Positions 18,181 to 26,930 of a DNA stretch of 64,000 nucleotides are shown here, piece by piece. Made by a program: the position numbers and the translations under genes. The stretch lies in IMG/VR virus record IMGVR_UViG_3300020045_001617, positions 7,107 through 71,106 of that record. One strand, written 5' to 3'. Each line of letters starts with the position of its first letter. The stretch's first letter is position 1. Origin of the DNA: a virus (taxonomy: Duplodnaviria > Caudoviricetes). The notes beneath the pieces were generated by a model. That model was not told where the DNA came from. It saw only the letters and a list, made by a program, of their open reading frames with translations, and did not search any database.

Positions 18181-19895
18181 TGGGCGGCGAGTTCGACCAC
18201 CTGTTCGATGACGGCCCCTCCCTTCCGTCCATCGAAGCGCCCGCTGGCAACACGGTGACGGTCCCCGCCGTGCCAGCGGGCGACATGGCAATGGGTCCAT
18301 TTGAAGCCGCTGATCGCTTTGACAGCAGCATCGCACTGTGGTCGTCGCCGCTTAAGTCGGCTGACGCGGAAATCCTTCCCGAGAAGCAGACCATCGACGG
18401 TCGCGCTCGCGACGTGTTGCGCAACGACGCCTACATTCAGGGCGGCAGCAATCTTCACAAAGACAACATCGTTGGCAGCCACTACCTGCTGAACAGCCGC
18501 CCGCTGTCGAAGGTAGCATTCGGCAAGCAGGACGATACGTGGGAAGAAGAGTTTCAGGAAGAAGTCGAAGAGAAGTGGGAACTTTACTCCGACTCTGCCG
18601 ACCACTGGGTTGATGCGGCGCGCACCAATAATTTCACGCAGCAGGTTCGTCTTGCCGTGGGGGTTCACTTCATGGCGGGCGAAATGCTGGCTGCGGTCGA
18701 GTGGATCAAGGATGACGGCGCACCATTCAACACGTCGATTCAGTTTGTCGATCTGGACCGTCTCAGCACCGCACCGCTCTCGCTTAACCAGAGCGACGTG
18801 CGCAACGGTATCCGCTACAACAATCGCGGCGCACCGACGCACTACCAGATCCGCACCGAACACCCCAGCGACTTTGGCCCGCTGTTTGGCCGCACCGCTG
18901 TTCCCGAGTGGAAGGAAATCGCGGTACGCAAGCCTTGGGGTCGCCTTCAGGTCATCCACCTGTTCGAACAGCTTCGCCCTGACCAGTCGCGCGGCATCAC
19001 GGACCTTGCGACTTCGCTGAAGGCGACGAAGATCGGCCATACGTGGCGTGACCTGAACATCCAGCACGCGGTGACGCAGGCGATGTATGCCGCTGCGATC
19101 ACTTCGGAACTGCCGAGCGATCAGGTCTTCGCGGCCCTTGGTGGCGGTCAACCCACTCCCGACAAGGTTCAGGAGATGGTGACCAACTACGCAGAAGGCT
19201 ACCTGTCTTCGGTTGCGCAGTACGCCGGAACCAATCGCGGGCTTCAGATCGACGGTGTGAAGATCCCGCATCTGTACCCCGGCACGAAGCTGGAACTTCT
19301 CAGCCCCGGCAAGTCGGGTATTCAGCCAGAGTTCGAAGCATCGCTGCTGCGTTACATCGCGGCCAGCATGGGTGTCTCCTACGAACAGTTGAGCCGCGAC
19401 TACACCAAGACGAACTACTCGTCGGCCCGTGCTGCGATGACCGAGACGTGGAAATTCATGCAGTCGCGCAAGAAACTGGTGGCCGACAAGTACGCGACCA
19501 TCGTGTTCCGTCTGTGGCTGGAAGAAGCGATCAACCGCAACGAAATCTCCACGATGCCGAAGAACCGCGCATCGCGGCTCTACACTGGCGGTCGTCTAAA
19601 TCTGAACTTCGACGCGATTTCCAAGTGTGACTGGATCGGCGCATCGCGCGGCCAGATCGACGAATACAAGGAAACGCAGGCGGCGGTGCTTCGCATCACC
19701 AATGGCCTCTCGACGGCGGAAGATGAACTGGCCCGTCTCGGTAAGGACTGGCGCAAGGTTTATCGCCAACTGCGTCGTGAAATGCAGATGCGCGAAGCAA
19801 TGGGTCTGATGTTCACGGGCACCGACCCTGCCGTTCTGGCTGCAAACGCCGCAGCGATGGCATCCAACCAGCAGGACAACAGCAATGGCGAATAA
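18180..19895 (+). CDS. Portal protein, lambda family
   Basis: RARDVLRND, QLRPDQSRG, GVSYEQLSRDYTKTNYSSARAA motifs. Confidence 0.95.
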   Translation: MGGEFDHLFDDGPSLPSIEAPAGNTVTVPAVPAGDMAMGPFEAADRFDSSIALWSSPLKSADAEILPEKQTIDGRARDVLRNDAYIQGGSNLHKDNIVGSHYLLNSRPLSKVAFGKQDDTWEEEFQEEVEEKWELYSDSADHWVDAARTNNFTQQVRLAVGVHFMAGEMLAAVEWIKDDGAPFNTSIQFVDLDRLSTAPLSLNQSDVRNGIRYNNRGAPTHYQIRTEHPSDFGPLFGRTAVPEWKEIAVRKPWGRLQVIHLFEQLRPDQSRGITDLATSLKATKIGHTWRDLNIQHAVTQAMYAAAITSELPSDQVFAALGGGQPTPDKVQEMVTNYAEGYLSSVAQYAGTNRGLQIDGVKIPHLYPGTKLELLSPGKSGIQPEFEASLLRYIAASMGVSYEQLSRDYTKTNYSSARAAMTETWKFMQSRKKLVADKYATIVFRLWLEEAINRNEISTMPKNRASRLYTGGRLNLNFDAISKCDWIGASRGQIDEYKETQAAVLRITNGLSTAEDELARLGKDWRKVYRQLRREMQMREAMGLMFTGTDPAVLAANAAAMASNQQDNSNGE

Positions 19896-21174
19896 GACTC
19901 TCCATCCCATCGCCGCTGAGTTCTCCAATCAGCCGGTTCTGGTTTCGAATGAACACGGCGCACAGTTCGACGCGCTGCTGGGCAACATCGTTGCAAGCGC
20001 CGATTTCGCGCGTCTCAGCGAAGCAACGACCCGAATGGGCGACGACTTCTGGGACTGTGACGAATGGGAAGCCACGTTCCGCCCTTACGAGGTCAATGGG
20101 GACGGTATCCTGTTCGTACCGGTGCGCGGCGTCCTGCTGCACAACTTCCCTTACGCGCTGGGCAACTACGCAACGGGATACGAATATATCATGCAGGCTG
20201 TGTTGCGCGGCCTCGACGACGCCAACGTGAAGGGTATTGCGCTGCTGTGCAACAGTCCCGGTGGCATGGTCGCGGGCTGCTTTGAAGCGGCTGACAAGAT
20301 TTATGACCGCAAGGGTGAAAAGCCCATCCGCGCATTTGCCCACGAGTCTGCGTACTCGGCAGCTTACGCCATCGCTTCGGTGGCAGACAGCATTGTCGTC
20401 AGCAAGACTGGTGGCGTCGGCAGCATCGGTGTCGTCACGTCTCACGTAGACCTGTCGAAGATGTACGACGAAATGGGCGTCAAGCAGACCTTCATCTTCG
20501 CAGGCAAGCACAAGGTTGACGGCAACGCCGCCGAGCCGCTGCCCGCTGATGTGAAGGATCGCATTCAGGTTCGCATCGACGAACTTTACGATGTTTTCGT
20601 GTCCAGCGTGGCACGGAACCGGGGCATGGAAGAGCAGGCTGTCCGCGACACGGAAGCCTTGACCTACACAGCCACGCAAGCAGTGTCGATTAGGTTGGCC
20701 GATTCCATTGGTCCGCTTGACGACGCCGTGGCGCAGTTTTGCGCCGATCTGTCAACTCCCACAGGAGAAGAAAACATGTCCAACCAGACGGACGCGGCGG
20801 TCGTTGAACAGGCCGCACACGAACAGGCAATTGTCGCAGCCCGCGCCGAAGGTAACGCTGAAGGCATGGCTGCTGCCACTGCCCGCATCGGTGCCATTCT
20901 CGGCAGCGAAGACGCCAAGGGTCGCGGCGACCTCGCGAACCACTTCGCATTCAAGACGACCATGAGCGCTGAAGACGCCATCGCAGCACTGGCGGTTTCG
21001 CCCAAGGCTGCCGCCCCTGTTGCTGCGGTTGCCGACGACGGCGGCTTCGATGCAGCGATGGAGCAGGGCAACCCGAATGTCGGCGCTTCGGCACCGAACA
21101 CCGAAGCTGAAGCGAACGTGGCGGAAGAGACGCTGGCGCTTGCCAAGCAACTCGGCCTTGGTTTCGCCAAGTAA
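19885..21174 (+). CDS. Head maturation protease (S49, gpC-like) with C-terminal scaffold region
   Basis: NSPGGMVAG, AYSAAYAIAS, GGVGSIGV; Ala-rich C-terminus. Confidence 0.92.
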   Translation: MANKTLHPIAAEFSNQPVLVSNEHGAQFDALLGNIVASADFARLSEATTRMGDDFWDCDEWEATFRPYEVNGDGILFVPVRGVLLHNFPYALGNYATGYEYIMQAVLRGLDDANVKGIALLCNSPGGMVAGCFEAADKIYDRKGEKPIRAFAHESAYSAAYAIASVADSIVVSKTGGVGSIGVVTSHVDLSKMYDEMGVKQTFIFAGKHKVDGNAAEPLPADVKDRIQVRIDELYDVFVSSVARNRGMEEQAVRDTEALTYTATQAVSIRLADSIGPLDDAVAQFCADLSTPTGEENMSNQTDAAVVEQAAHEQAIVAARAEGNAEGMAAATARIGAILGSEDAKGRGDLANHFAFKTTMSAEDAIAALAVSPKAAAPVAAVADDGGFDAAMEQGNPNVGASAPNTEAEANVAEETLALAKQLGLGFAK

Positions 21175-21191
21175 CCTGAAAGGATCGACAC

Positions 21192-21641
21192 ATGCCGACT
21201 TATCCCAACTACCAGAACTCGGGTTCCAACACGCACGGTGTTCCGGCGTTCGAAACCATCGACACCTATTTCAACCAGTTCCTTCTGGCGCAGAACGAAC
21301 CGGGTCTTCAGCAGCCTGTCCGACTCCTTCTCGGTGACTCGCTGACGCTCGCGCAGTTCACCGTGGTCGGCCTTTCGGGCGGCAAGCTGGTCAAGGCCAC
21401 CTACAACGCCACCGAAGCCAGTGCGATCAAGCCGATTGGCGTTCTCGCGCAGCCTGCAACTTCCGGCGCTTCGAACACCACCATCCTCGGTGAAGTGTTC
21501 CTCGAAGGTTCGTTCAACACCGACGCAGATTCGCCGCTGGTGTGGGATGCCACCTACGACACGGTTGCGAAGAAGCAGGGCTACAACGTCACTGACTCGC
21601 GTCTGCGCTTCGTCAGCCGCACCTCGACCTCGGCTATCTGA
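21192..21641 (+). CDS. Head decoration protein (gpD-like)
   Basis: Position between protease and capsid; PIGVLA...VFLEGSFN pattern. Confidence 0.8.
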   Translation: MPTYPNYQNSGSNTHGVPAFETIDTYFNQFLLAQNEPGLQQPVRLLLGDSLTLAQFTVVGLSGGKLVKATYNATEASAIKPIGVLAQPATSGASNTTILGEVFLEGSFNTDADSPLVWDATYDTVAKKQGYNVTDSRLRFVSRTSTSAI

Positions 21642-21656
21642 TAAAGGAATCTGGAA

Positions 21657-22739
21657 ATGGCTAATCCGTATGAACTTTGGGACACCCGCACCAGCCTCGG
21701 CATGATGCGCGCTACCAAGCCTGAGACGTGGCAGTTTGGCAAGTATTTCACGCGCCAGATCAACACCGAGTCCGAGTGGATCGACTTCGAAAAGCTGCCG
21801 GTGCCAAGCCGCAAGCTGGCCGCATTCGTGAAGCCGATGGGCCGTGGCACCAGCATCTACACCGACAGCAGCGTCACGAAGCGCTTCAAGCCCGCGAACA
21901 TCGTGGTCGAAGAGCAGATCGACCCATTCCGCCTACTTTCGACGGCACCCGGCATCGACTCGATGCTGAACCCGATGACGATCAGCCCCATGCAGCGCCA
22001 GAACCTGCTTCGTGCAGAAATGACCTCGCAGGCAATGACGGCCATCGAACGCCGCTGGGAGTGGATGCGCGCCAAGGCGATCATCGACGGCACCATCACG
22101 GTGAAGTACGAGTCGGGTGAACCGGTCACCGTGGACTTCGGTCGCGCCGCTGGTCACACCCAGACGCTGACCTCGGGCAACCGCTTCGGTGACTCGGGCA
22201 TCGCCTTCATGGACAAGGCTCAGGGCGTCATCGACACCATGACCGACGCTGAGTTCGGCGGTATCCCCGTTGACATCATCATGGGCGGTTCGGTCTGGGC
22301 TGTCGTGAAGAACGACACGGGTCTTCAGAAGGCTATGGAGTTCGAAGCACAGCGCGGCGATGTCAACATTGAACGCGGCCTCATCGGTTCGACCGGCAAG
22401 GTGTTCAAGGTCGGCACCATCTCGGTTGGCGGTCCAAGCGGCCAGACGCTGAACCTGTGGGTCAACAACGAAACCTACGTGGACAACAGCGGCGTTGCAC
22501 AGCGTTACCTTGGTGCCAAGGAAATGGTGTTCTGCGCAGCGCCGGAAGCCATCATGGGCATCCAGTGCTTCGGTCGCATCGTTGACATGGACGCCAACTT
22601 TGCCGCTCTGCCTATCTTCCCGAAGAACTTCATCAAGGGTGATCGCGTCAAGACCGAGCATATGTCGTTCGAGTCGGCACCGCTGATGGTTCCTGTGAAC
22701 CCTGACGCCACCTACAAGATCGCATCGGCTGTTGCGTAA
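21657..22739 (+). CDS. Major capsid protein (lambda gpE family)
   Basis: KLAAFVKP, IERRWEWMRAKAIIDG, ESAPLMVP motifs. Confidence 0.93.
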   Translation: MANPYELWDTRTSLGMMRATKPETWQFGKYFTRQINTESEWIDFEKLPVPSRKLAAFVKPMGRGTSIYTDSSVTKRFKPANIVVEEQIDPFRLLSTAPGIDSMLNPMTISPMQRQNLLRAEMTSQAMTAIERRWEWMRAKAIIDGTITVKYESGEPVTVDFGRAAGHTQTLTSGNRFGDSGIAFMDKAQGVIDTMTDAEFGGIPVDIIMGGSVWAVVKNDTGLQKAMEFEAQRGDVNIERGLIGSTGKVFKVGTISVGGPSGQTLNLWVNNETYVDNSGVAQRYLGAKEMVFCAAPEAIMGIQCFGRIVDMDANFAALPIFPKNFIKGDRVKTEHMSFESAPLMVPVNPDATYKIASAVA

Positions 22740-22745
22740 ATGAAC

Positions 22746-22777
22746 TGAGACGGGGTAAGGCCGTGTTCCCCGTCTCA
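22746..22777 (+). terminator. Hairpin/terminator after the capsid gene
   Basis: TGAGACGGGG/CCCCGTCTCA 10-bp stem; weak U-tract. Confidence 0.55.
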
Positions 22778-22792
22778 ACTTACAGGTGATGA

Positions 22793-23059
22793 ATGACTGA
22801 GAAAGTTGAAAAGACTGCTGTTGCTGCCAAGCCTGCTACCCCGAAGAAGGCAAAGCAGGTTCTGGTTGCCGTCCACAACATCAACGGTGTGATCGAACCC
22901 GGCACCCCGTTCACCGGCTCCACGAAGGATCTGGTGGAACTGCTGGACCTCGGTGCTGCCCGCCAGCCTGAAGAAGCCGAAGCGGCACTCTTCGAAAAGT
23001 TGGGTGACACCGTCTTCGATCTGGCCGGTGGCGACGACCTCGCTGCGGCGCTGGACTGA
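22793..23059 (+). CDS. Hypothetical head-associated protein
   Basis: 88 aa in the conserved post-capsid position. Confidence 0.6.
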   Translation: MTEKVEKTAVAAKPATPKKAKQVLVAVHNINGVIEPGTPFTGSTKDLVELLDLGAARQPEEAEAALFEKLGDTVFDLAGGDDLAAALD

Positions 23060-23064
23060 TAACG

Positions 23065-23448
23065 ATGGGCCGCTTCCGAGAAATCAAACGCGAAATGCGT
23101 CTCGCTGTTCACAGCGAAGCCTCGGTTGCGGCCCTCTATATTCCTGTGCCTAACGCGACCCCGGTGCCTGTCACTGTGCGGGTCCATAGGCGCTCTGACA
23201 TGCCGAACATTGGCGAGTCTTCAGTTTACGGCGGTGAGGCGTTGATGGCGATCACGGAAGATCGACTCCGCTTCAAGCGTTCCGAGTTGCCCGACCACCT
23301 TCGCGTCAAGTCGATTGTCTCGGTGGAAGCCGGTGAAGCATATCGTATCGAGTTCTGGTATCCGCGTGACGACCAGTTCGTGACGGCGCGGGTTACGCCG
23401 ATGCTGGAAGCCGAAGCCGAAGGGCTGCCGGTGCCTACAGATGGCTGA
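23065..23448 (+). CDS. Head-tail joining protein (gpFII-like)
   Basis: Synteny; size; VPVTVRVH beta-barrel pattern. Confidence 0.65.
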   Translation: MGRFREIKREMRLAVHSEASVAALYIPVPNATPVPVTVRVHRRSDMPNIGESSVYGGEALMAITEDRLRFKRSELPDHLRVKSIVSVEAGEAYRIEFWYPRDDQFVTARVTPMLEAEAEGLPVPTDG

Positions 23449-24046
23449 GTACGCGGTGTTTATCCAAGGGCTATCTGACACACTGGAAGATGTGTCACAG
23501 TTGCCCGAGCGCACTAAGCGCGCCATTGCGCTAACCATTCCGCGTGTCACGCAGCGCGCTCGCACTGAAGCCAGCCGCAGGATGCGCGCACAGATTAACT
23601 GGACCGCATCGTATCTAAACGACAAACTAACCATGAAGATTGACACCGGGGAAACCTACGAAGGTGTAATCAGCACCACATTTCGCCCGACCAGCCTTGC
23701 GCAGTTCGCCAGCGGCTCGAAGCAACCGTGGACGCAGGCTAAACGTCTGCACGTAGGCGAATCCAGTTTCAGGACGCTGAAAAACCCGCTGCTGTTTGTG
23801 CCGCTGCGTAGGGGTACTGCTGCGATCACCGAAGAAAACCGGAACATTGGTTTGGCAGTTCGCCTTAAAAACGGCGAGACGATCAAAGGAAAATATAAGG
23901 TTCGTCCGATCAGCAAAGGTTTGTATCTTTTGTTCGGCCCGTCCAGTTCGCAGGTCTTCTACACCGTGGCAGAAGACCTTATCCCCGATGTGTCGGGTTG
24001 GCTCGACCAAGAGTTCACGCGCCAGATGAACCGAAAGGATCTGTGA
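23441..24046 (+). CDS. Neck/tail completion protein (gpZ-like)
   Basis: Synteny; basic composition; RPTSLAQF and LLFGPSSSQVF. Confidence 0.65.
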   Translation: MAEYAVFIQGLSDTLEDVSQLPERTKRAIALTIPRVTQRARTEASRRMRAQINWTASYLNDKLTMKIDTGETYEGVISTTFRPTSLAQFASGSKQPWTQAKRLHVGESSFRTLKNPLLFVPLRRGTAAITEENRNIGLAVRLKNGETIKGKYKVRPISKGLYLLFGPSSSQVFYTVAEDLIPDVSGWLDQEFTRQMNRKDL

Positions 24047-24588
24047 TGGCAGAACCCACGAAACTGACGATCCTGAAGGCATTGGTGGACGGTCTCAAGA
24101 CTATCACCTCTGCCAACGGTTACGAGTCTGACCTGTCTGACTTCGATCCCGGCGACGGCAACGACACGGCTCGCATTTACCGTGGTCGCGCGTTCTTCGG
24201 TGACGGTGATCCTATCCCCATGATTTCGGTGCTGGAAGCGGCGTCGGAAACGGACCTCATCAACGACACACTGGCTGACCTGCCCACGTCTGAATACTGG
24301 TGGCCGCTGATTCTTCAGGGCTGGGTTGTCGATGACCCACTGAATCCAACCGACCCCGTTTACCCGCTGCTGGCTGACGTTCGCAAGTATCTCGCAACAC
24401 AGTTGAAGGCTCGCAGCAGTGACGGGTGGCGCAACATTTTTGGGCTGCACGAACACACCTACGGCCTGACAGGTATTCGATTTGGCAGCGGTACGGTGCG
24501 ACCAGCAAACGAACTGTCAGCCTACGCTGGCTTCCACCTGATGCTGGAACTGTGCATCGTGGACAAGGCTGACGAGGCTTATGTATAA
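24046..24588 (+). CDS. Tail terminator protein (gpU-like)
   Basis: LKTITSANGYESDL N-terminal pattern; ATG overlaps the upstream TGA. Confidence 0.7.
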   Translation: MAEPTKLTILKALVDGLKTITSANGYESDLSDFDPGDGNDTARIYRGRAFFGDGDPIPMISVLEAASETDLINDTLADLPTSEYWWPLILQGWVVDDPLNPTDPVYPLLADVRKYLATQLKARSSDGWRNIFGLHEHTYGLTGIRFGSGTVRPANELSAYAGFHLMLELCIVDKADEAYV

Positions 24589-25432
24589 AGGTTTGGAGCC
24601 AAATCGCGTTGCCGCTAAAGAGCGCGGCGAAGGGCGATACGCCACAGAGCGTCCATGCAAGTGGGGCCACGCTGACTTCCGCTACACTAAAAACGGCGTT
24701 TGCTGTTCGTGTTCAGTCGGACGGGATGTCAAACGCGATCCCAATCTTGATCCGACAAAAGTCAATGCTCGCTATCGCAAGATTGCCAAGGAAAACGGCA
24801 ATACTCGCTTCATGTCGCCCTTCCCCTGCCCAAACGGCCACCATGCCGAACGCGGTACAAGCGACGGTAAGTGTGTGGAGTGTGTTGGGAAGCGGCATCG
24901 CCGTTACATGGAAAGACCCGAGATTGCTGAAGTGCAGAAGGCTCGGCAGGCGGTGTGGAGAGAGGAGAACCGCGAACACGTCCTCGCAGAGAAGCGTCGA
25001 TGGTACGAAGAAAATAAGGACTACGCCAAGCAACTGAGCAAAGAGTGGTGGGCGGACAATAAGGACAAGCATCGCGAATACATGCGTATTGTTCGTAAGC
25101 GTAACCCGCTAATCTATCGCGCTCATTCAAAGGCGTACGGTAAAAGGGTGAAACAAGCCACGGTTCCGTTTTCAGATATGCGCAAGATCGAGAACACCTA
25201 CATCTTAGCGCCAATTGGGTATGAAGTTGACCACATCGTCCCGCTTAAAGCCGCAGGTGCAGACCGCGTTCAAATCGCGTGCGGACTGCATGTGCATGGA
25301 AATTTGCAGTACCTAACCAAGTCTGTAAATTCGTCCAAGAGTAATTTCTGGACGGAAACGGGGTCTAAGGACTCCTGTGCCATTGTTCCCTTTTCATGGG
25401 AGCACTTTCTCGTTATAAGTGAACAAGCATAA
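24581..25432 (+). CDS. HNH homing endonuclease with two N-terminal CxxGH...CxxC repeats
   Basis: YEVDHIVPL...CGLHVHGNLQYL...NSSKSN; AT-richer; inserted between terminator and tube genes. Confidence 0.85.
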   Translation: MYKGLEPNRVAAKERGEGRYATERPCKWGHADFRYTKNGVCCSCSVGRDVKRDPNLDPTKVNARYRKIAKENGNTRFMSPFPCPNGHHAERGTSDGKCVECVGKRHRRYMERPEIAEVQKARQAVWREENREHVLAEKRRWYEENKDYAKQLSKEWWADNKDKHREYMRIVRKRNPLIYRAHSKAYGKRVKQATVPFSDMRKIENTYILAPIGYEVDHIVPLKAAGADRVQIACGLHVHGNLQYLTKSVNSSKSNFWTETGSKDSCAIVPFSWEHFLVISEQA

Positions 25433-25446
25433 AGGAGTTGAATCTC

Positions 25447-26226
25447 ATGGGCCTCAATCTCGGCAATCAAACTCTCGGTCGCGGCAAGGTTTACGTCTCG
25501 ACTTTTCTTTCTGGAACCCACACCCCGGCAGGTTTCCGCTACGTCGGCAACTCAAGTTCATTCTCGCTGAATGTGGCACAACAGAAATTAGATCACTTTA
25601 ACTCCGACTACGGAATCCGGGTCAAGGACAAGTCGGTTGTGCTTCAGGTTGACATCACCGGCAACCTTGTTCTTGACGACATCAACACTGATAACCTTGG
25701 GCTTTTCTTCCTCGGTTCGCAGTCCATCGTCAGCCAGACCTCGGCCACGTCGCAGACGGAATCGTTTGTCGGTGTGAAGCAGGGTTACATCTACAAGTTG
25801 GGCATCAACTCGGCCAACCCCACCGGGGTTCGCACGATCACCAACGTAGTTGTCACTGTTTCCGCGTCGCCCAAGACGCTGGGCACCGACTACACTGTGG
25901 ACGCCGCCCGTGGTTACATTCAGATTGTTGAAGGCGGTACGATTGCTGAAAATGCCACGATCAGCGTAACCTATGATCGCGCCGCAGTGAACCGCAAGCA
26001 GTTCGTCTCGGGCACTACGCAGATCGAAGGTGCAATCTGGTTTGAATCGTTCAACCCGCAGGGTGAAAAGAACGACTTCCTGATGCCGTATGTGCGTCTG
26101 GGACCGAACGGAGACTTCAACCTGAAGGCCGACGAATGGCAGCAACTTCCGCTGACCGCCGAAATTCTGGAAGACTCGGCCTACAACAAAAAGGCCATCT
26201 ATCTTGACGGCCAAGCGTACGTTTAA
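25447..26226 (+). CDS. Major tail (tube) protein
   Basis: LGRGKVY...GFRYVGNSSSFSL; synteny before chaperone and tape measure. Confidence 0.85.
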   Translation: MGLNLGNQTLGRGKVYVSTFLSGTHTPAGFRYVGNSSSFSLNVAQQKLDHFNSDYGIRVKDKSVVLQVDITGNLVLDDINTDNLGLFFLGSQSIVSQTSATSQTESFVGVKQGYIYKLGINSANPTGVRTITNVVVTVSASPKTLGTDYTVDAARGYIQIVEGGTIAENATISVTYDRAAVNRKQFVSGTTQIEGAIWFESFNPQGEKNDFLMPYVRLGPNGDFNLKADEWQQLPLTAEILEDSAYNKKAIYLDGQAYV

Positions 26227-26244
26227 CGGAAAGGCATAGGGACC

Positions 26245-26703
26245 ATGTCACTCCGCAACATCACAATACCGAAGCGTGAAGTCCCCGTTGGCAGTGAGCA
26301 GAAGTTCACTGTCAGCGGGGTTTCCGCCGATCAGGTATTCGGACTCTACAGCCGCCACCGGGAAGACCTTGGCGTGCTATTCGACAATCTGGCAGGACGC
26401 GACCGCGCTGAACGCTCTGAAGTGCTTAACAGCATCGAAGGCATCATCGCACAGTTTCCACTGGTCATCGCAGAAGCAATTGCGCTGGCCTCTGGGTCAA
26501 AGCCTGACAGCGAACACTGGGACGAAGAAGTCGCCGTCGCTCGGTCGCTGCCGATGCCGGTTCAGGTCGATGCGCTGATGAAGGTTGGCGAGTTGACCTT
26601 CTCACCGGACATGCCGCCAAAAAAGTTCTTCGCCCTGCTGGTGGGCATGATCCAGCAACTGAACGGGACCAGTCCGACATTGGCAGTTGGGTCCGACAGT
26701 TAA
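26245..26703 (+). CDS. Tail assembly chaperone (gpG-like)
   Basis: Synteny; contains slippery A AAA AAG at 26619-26625. Confidence 0.8.
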   Translation: MSLRNITIPKREVPVGSEQKFTVSGVSADQVFGLYSRHREDLGVLFDNLAGRDRAERSEVLNSIEGIIAQFPLVIAEAIALASGSKPDSEHWDEEVAVARSLPMPVQVDALMKVGELTFSPDMPPKKFFALLVGMIQQLNGTSPTLAVGSDS

Positions 26704-26930
26704 GGGCGCACTGTAGCCTGTTGCTCGACCACGGGCATCCTGAAGTCTACGCTTATCCTATATCTAGGATTTGGGAAGAAGCGGAATTGGTGGTAGAGAG
26801 GCAGAATAGGAATTTAGTCAGTCTCGCGGTGATTATCCAGAAGGCGACCGGCACCACGGGGATGACTGCTTCCAAAGAGTCGGTGAAGGATTTCAACGAC
26901 TTTATTAAGAAAATGAACGGAGAAGCGTAA
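26619..26930 (+). CDS. -1 frameshift extension of the chaperone (gpGT-like)
   Basis: -1 frame is open from the slippery site through LLDHGHPEVYAYPISRIWEE to the stop at 26930. Confidence 0.75.
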   Translation, partial: KKVLRPAGGHDPATERDQSDIGSWVRQLRAHCSLLLDHGHPEVYAYPISRIWEEAELVVERQNRNLVSLAVIIQKATGTTGMTASKESVKDFNDFIKKMNGEA

